Positions 16,572 through 19,594 of a stretch of DNA of 19,594 nt are shown piece by piece; the stretch's first letter is position 1; each line of letters opens with the position of its first letter. Both the position numbers and the translations under genes were made by a program. The notes under the pieces were generated by a model. The model was not told the DNA's origin, did not search any database, and saw only the letters and a program-made list of their open reading frames with translations. This DNA is from a virus (taxonomy: Duplodnaviria; Heunggongvirae; Uroviricota; Caudoviricetes). The DNA lies in the IMG/VR virus record IMGVR_UViG_3300017707_001811, positions 165,573-185,166 of that record. One strand, given 5' to 3'.

Positions 16572-17063
16572 ATGAACCTACAAAAGACAATAAGAAGAGT
16601 ATTGAAAGAAACCCTTGAATCTAGATGGAATAAAGGTAATTACAACTACCAACACGGGTTCTGTCATTATTTCGCATATAACATAATTGATAAAATTAGA
16701 GAAAGATTCCCCAACAAGAAAGTTAATTACTATCTGTTGTTAGCGAACGAAGTTGATACCGAATTTAATAATGATGTTGTACAAGAATATCTAATCCATG
16801 CTTATATTCAAATAGATGATATGTTACTTGATTCAAATGGATTCACAACAGAAGATGCTGCTTGGGAAAGATTGGAAGAATGGGAAAGAGTTCAAAGACG
16901 AATGACACCTGATGAGTATGAGATTAATATATGGGATGAAGAAACAGATGAAATACCTGAATGGTTCTTCAATAATAGTTTTTGTAACACAGGAAGAGTT
17001 AAGAAAGATATGGAAGAATTCCTAAATAACCCAATAGTTCAAAGAATATTAAGAGACAAATGA
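16572..17063 (+). CDS. Leader-bearing protein with putative Cys-His-Asp triad (papain/transglutaminase-like)
   Basis: MNLQKTIRRVLKE leader, then GFC31HYFA, IH76AYI and LLD87SNG in the order and spacing of a papain/transglutaminase-like triad. Confidence 0.55.
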   Translation: MNLQKTIRRVLKETLESRWNKGNYNYQHGFCHYFAYNIIDKIRERFPNKKVNYYLLLANEVDTEFNNDVVQEYLIHAYIQIDDMLLDSNGFTTEDAAWERLEEWERVQRRMTPDEYEINIWDEETDEIPEWFFNNSFCNTGRVKKDMEEFLNNPIVQRILRDK

Positions 17064-17518
17064 ATCTACAAGAACATATAAAGAAAGCACTAAGAGAAAA
17101 TACTAGTGATAAATTTTTATCTACAATAAAGAAACATGGTTTATTTCATTTTCTTATGGTGAGTCAAATAAACCCCATGATTCTTGGAAAATATGTAAAA
17201 TATGAAGAACTACCAAAAGAAATTATATATAGATTCTTGGATGATTTAGGTAATTCAAATAAGATAAGTGAATGGATAACAGATTATTATGATAGTCCAT
17301 TATATTTTAAAAGAGGTCAAGATGGTAGGATATATGAAATACAAACCTTTGGATATAACGGTTCCGTAACAGGGGAGTTTTTTATAGATAAAACGTATAT
17401 TAATAATTTTACATTGGATTATGATTTATTACCTGATTATACTTTAGATAAATTATTTGAAATGGCTTTACTCGGACCATTTTATCAATCAATTTATAAG
17501 GATAATGTTAAAGATTAA
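17060..17518 (+). CDS. Hypothetical protein (152 aa) with MNLQEHIKKALREN leader, paralog of 9891..10343
   Basis: Leader and shared motifs with 9891..10343. ATGA overlap with the upstream stop. Confidence 0.8.
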   Translation: MNLQEHIKKALRENTSDKFLSTIKKHGLFHFLMVSQINPMILGKYVKYEELPKEIIYRFLDDLGNSNKISEWITDYYDSPLYFKRGQDGRIYEIQTFGYNGSVTGEFFIDKTYINNFTLDYDLLPDYTLDKLFEMALLGPFYQSIYKDNVKD

Positions 17519-17529
17519 TACGGGACTGA

Positions 17530-18237
17530 TTAATCAATTAATTTAGGGATAATATTAACACTTACAAATTGCCAATTACGGTCAATAAAAGAGGGATACT
17601 TAAATAAATAATCAGACAAACAACCCCAAATCGGGTCTTCGAAATATTCAGAATAATCATATTTAAGGTCATAAATATTATGAATTATTTCCTCAGCGTC
17701 CGTAATTAATTTTGATTCACTACTATTAATCCCTTTAAATCTAAATTCATCAATAACAAGACTTATATCTAAATGAAAGGATTCAGAATCATCCCAGTAC
17801 ATATCAAAATCATTATCGACTACATACATACCTTTTATTTGATAATATCCTTTTATATTACTTATTGATTCTTTTAAATCGGTTTTATTTATACATTTCA
17901 AAAATTCATTTTCTAAAACATTTGGAATGTAAAATTGGTGTCTTTCAAAGTCATCAAATTTAACTAAGGATTCAATTTCTCGCATTGTTAAATTAGTACT
18001 TAGTAGTTTATCTAAAACAACTAATTCATCCGCAACTAAAGTAACCAAAGAGTTATAAGAGAATGGTAGATTCTTAGGGTTAGATATTTTTAAAGTTGGT
18101 ACATAAAAATCGTAAGAACGTGTGGTTAGTCTATCAAACTCACCTGACATATATAATTTCAAACCGTTAACATCAATGTCTTTAATGTATTTAGGTAAAA
18201 ATTTAATAAATCTATTTATATTATCTATTTTGGACAT
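17530..18237 (-). CDS. Hypothetical protein (235 aa), probable paralog of 6241..6843
   Basis: Long ORF. TATTTATA (18246-18253, minus strand) lies just upstream. Shared segments with 6241..6843. Confidence 0.78.
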   Translation of the reverse strand: MSKIDNINRFIKFLPKYIKDIDVNGLKLYMSGEFDRLTTRSYDFYVPTLKISNPKNLPFSYNSLVTLVADELVVLDKLLSTNLTMREIESLVKFDDFERHQFYIPNVLENEFLKCINKTDLKESISNIKGYYQIKGMYVVDNDFDMYWDDSESFHLDISLVIDEFRFKGINSSESKLITDAEEIIHNIYDLKYDYSEYFEDPIWGCLSDYLFKYPSFIDRNWQFVSVNIIPKLID

Positions 18238-18253
18238 TTTTTATATATAAATA

Positions 18254-18574
18254 TTAACCCGCACCACAATCGGAGTAAGGTTCACCAACAGTAATATCAA
18301 ATTTATTTTCAACCCAACTGGCTACCAAATATAAACATTCATCCAAAGATATTGAAAAGAAATTTGAAATCTCTTCCAATAAAGAACAACTAATATAACA
18401 ATCATTAGATTTACGATGAGTGGAAATAATTGCGTAAGATAAACGTTCCCTCCAATGAATCTCAGATGGCCAAAAAAGAATATCACCTTCATCCTCAAGA
18501 TGAAAAAAGTTTTGCATATCAAGATACTTAAATACTAATCTATCAAACTGTGATTCGTCTATTAGGTATTTCAT
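18254..18574 (-). CDS. Hypothetical protein (106 aa) with MKYLIDES leader, paralog of 11574..11891
   Basis: Leader and shared motifs with 11574..11891. ATGA overlap with the upstream stop. Confidence 0.8.
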   Translation of the reverse strand: MKYLIDESQFDRLVFKYLDMQNFFHLEDEGDILFWPSEIHWRERLSYAIISTHRKSNDCYISCSLLEEISNFFSISLDECLYLVASWVENKFDITVGEPYSDCGAG

Positions 18575-18939
18575 GATATATGAGCACTCCTTACTTCTGT
18601 AACTTTATATTCAGGGAATAAACTAACAAACACGTCTGCTAATAGGTATCTGGCATTAACCGACCAAAAAGGGTGAGGAAGCATCTCATCATATCTATCC
18701 AAAGACCTATCATAATATAATTCACCACTATGTTTATTAAATACCATTAATTTAACACCATCAGAATCGTATAATGTAATGTGAGAATCTCTTTCACTAT
18801 ATTCACCAATTAAGTTCTCAAAATGAGGAATAAGTTTATGTTTTAGTTTCTCATATATTTCAACATATTTAACATCTCTCCAAGTCCTTTCAAGCTCGGA
18901 AATAAGTTTAAGTTGTGATTCGGTGATAAGGTATTTCAT
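18571..18939 (-). CDS. Hypothetical protein (122 aa; start revised from 18954) with MKYLITES leader
   Basis: ATG 18939 gives the family leader, with TATTTATA (18944-18951, minus strand) immediately upstream. Confidence 0.8.
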   Translation of the reverse strand: MKYLITESQLKLISELERTWRDVKYVEIYEKLKHKLIPHFENLIGEYSERDSHITLYDSDGVKLMVFNKHSGELYYDRSLDRYDEMLPHPFWSVNARYLLADVFVSLFPEYKVTEVRSAHIS

Positions 18940-19013
18940 ATGATATAAATACAAACATAAGTCAAAATGGTCCCCTTAACAATTCCATAATATGTTTAAC
19001 CATTTACCTTTAA

Positions 19014-19021
19014 TATTTATA
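19014..19021 (+). promoter_or_regulatory. TATTTATA motif
   Basis: TATTTAT ends 5 nt before ATG 19026. Confidence 0.5.
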
Positions 19022-19025
19022 TGTA

Positions 19026-19594
19026 ATGGAACTATCAAGATTTCTTACAATAGTCATTCCCTGTAAGAACGAATCAAAAATTATTGATACGACTCTTTCT
19101 TTACTTAATTCCCAAAAAAATATTAATGGTGTTAAAGTTATTATTTCAGATTCTTCTGATGATGGAACGACATATAATCTTGAAACAAGAAACAGAGACC
19201 ATTTTGATTTATTAATAATCCAAGGAGGACTTCCAGGTTATGCAAGAAACAAAGGGGCTGAAAGAGTTGAAACCCCATATGTTTTATTTATGGATGCCGA
19301 TATCTTTATTCTTGACCCAAATTTATTAACTGAAGCGATTAAGTTAATGAGAAGAAATGAGTATGACTTACTAACAACAAAGGTAAGAACAACCAATGGG
19401 AAATATAACTACGTATTCAGGTTCTTTGATGTGGTACAAAAGTCAATTAAACCATTCACGCCATTTTGTCTTGGTGGGTTTATGTTATTTAAAACTGAGA
19501 CATTTAATAGACTTGGTGGATTTGATGAAGAAGCAAAAGTTGCTGAAGATTACCTGTTATCAAAACAAGTATTCAGTGATAAGTTCAAGATAAT
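19026..19594 (+). CDS. Glycosyltransferase family 2 (GT-A fold), 3'-truncated, not in the ORF track
   Basis: Manual translation MELSRFLTIVIPCKNES...VIISDSSDDGT...ARNKGA...YVLFMDADIF (DxD)...GGFMLFK..FNRLGGFDE....EDYLLS. Open to the window end. Confidence 0.9.
   Translation, partial: MELSRFLTIVIPCKNESKIIDTTLSLLNSQKNINGVKVIISDSSDDGTTYNLETRNRDHFDLLIIQGGLPGYARNKGAERVETPYVLFMDADIFILDPNLLTEAIKLMRRNEYDLLTTKVRTTNGKYNYVFRFFDVVQKSIKPFTPFCLGGFMLFKTETFNRLGGFDEEAKVAEDYLLSKQVFSDKFKI

Noticed and set aside
14237-17100. CRISPR array or DGR template/variable repeat interpretation of the ATGAACCTACAAGAA repeats
   Set aside because: The repeats are in-frame gene starts separated by 440-1040 nt of coding sequence. 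No cas or reverse transcriptase gene is present, and mismatches are not adenine-specific.
6910-18951. Plus-strand TATAAATA copies as T4-type late promoters
   Set aside because: The copies at 6910, 18246 and 18944 point away from or antisense to the adjacent gene starts. The orientation consistent with the genes is TATTTATA.
2303-19593. Listed ORFs 2303..2677(-), 5399..5668(-), 8572..8781(+), 8804..9025(-), 10844..11083(-), 13319..13528(+), 15039..15221(-), 15503..15730(-), 18322..18522(-) and 19396..19593(+)
   Set aside because: All lie within or antisense to longer, better-supported genes (glnII, purA, GT2 and others) and have atypical composition. Treated as shadow ORFs.
1-19594. Stop-codon reassignment (TAG or TGA recoding, as in some large phages)
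   Set aside because: Conserved enzymes are full-length in code 11, and TAA, TAG (4453, 14235, 16571) and TGA (4088, 5259, 14806) all end genes at tight junctions.
1-19594. tRNA, rRNA, integrase, transposase or phage structural hallmark genes
   Set aside because: None recognised. The hairpin cluster at 9795-9865 lacks a cloverleaf and T-loop motif, so phage origin remains an inference from gene content and organisation.

Overview
Very AT-rich (roughly 25-30% GC by eye, not computed), gene-dense DNA read with the standard genetic code. It most resembles part of a large (jumbo-type) phage genome, probably with a Bacteroidota host. This is inference: no capsid, terminase or replication hallmark gene lies in the window. 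The left part (1-6266) holds a 5'-truncated S8 subtilase with Ig-like domains and a possible T9SS-type tail, and a YkuD-like L,D-transpeptidase. It also holds a metabolic operon (glutamine synthetase II, hotdog thioesterase, RmlD-like reductase, compact PurA) behind a near-consensus TTGACT-N17-TATAAT promoter. The rest (6241-18939) is an array of about 25 mostly unknown genes. Many begin with, or contain internally, short related leaders (MNLQExIRxxLKEE, MKYLIxES, MSKKFILTESE) carrying an (I/L)-x-E motif. The leaders are fused to unrelated payloads, including PD-(D/E)xK nuclease-like, HExxH peptidase, ParB/Srx-like and Cys-His-Asp domains. Leading genes of these units are preceded by TATTTAT. 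The main hypothesis is a cassette array of virion-packaged cargo proteins whose leaders act as capsid-targeting propeptides cut by a prohead protease. A candidate three-hairpin small RNA lies at 9795-9865, and a GT2 glycosyltransferase missed by the ORF track runs off the right end.
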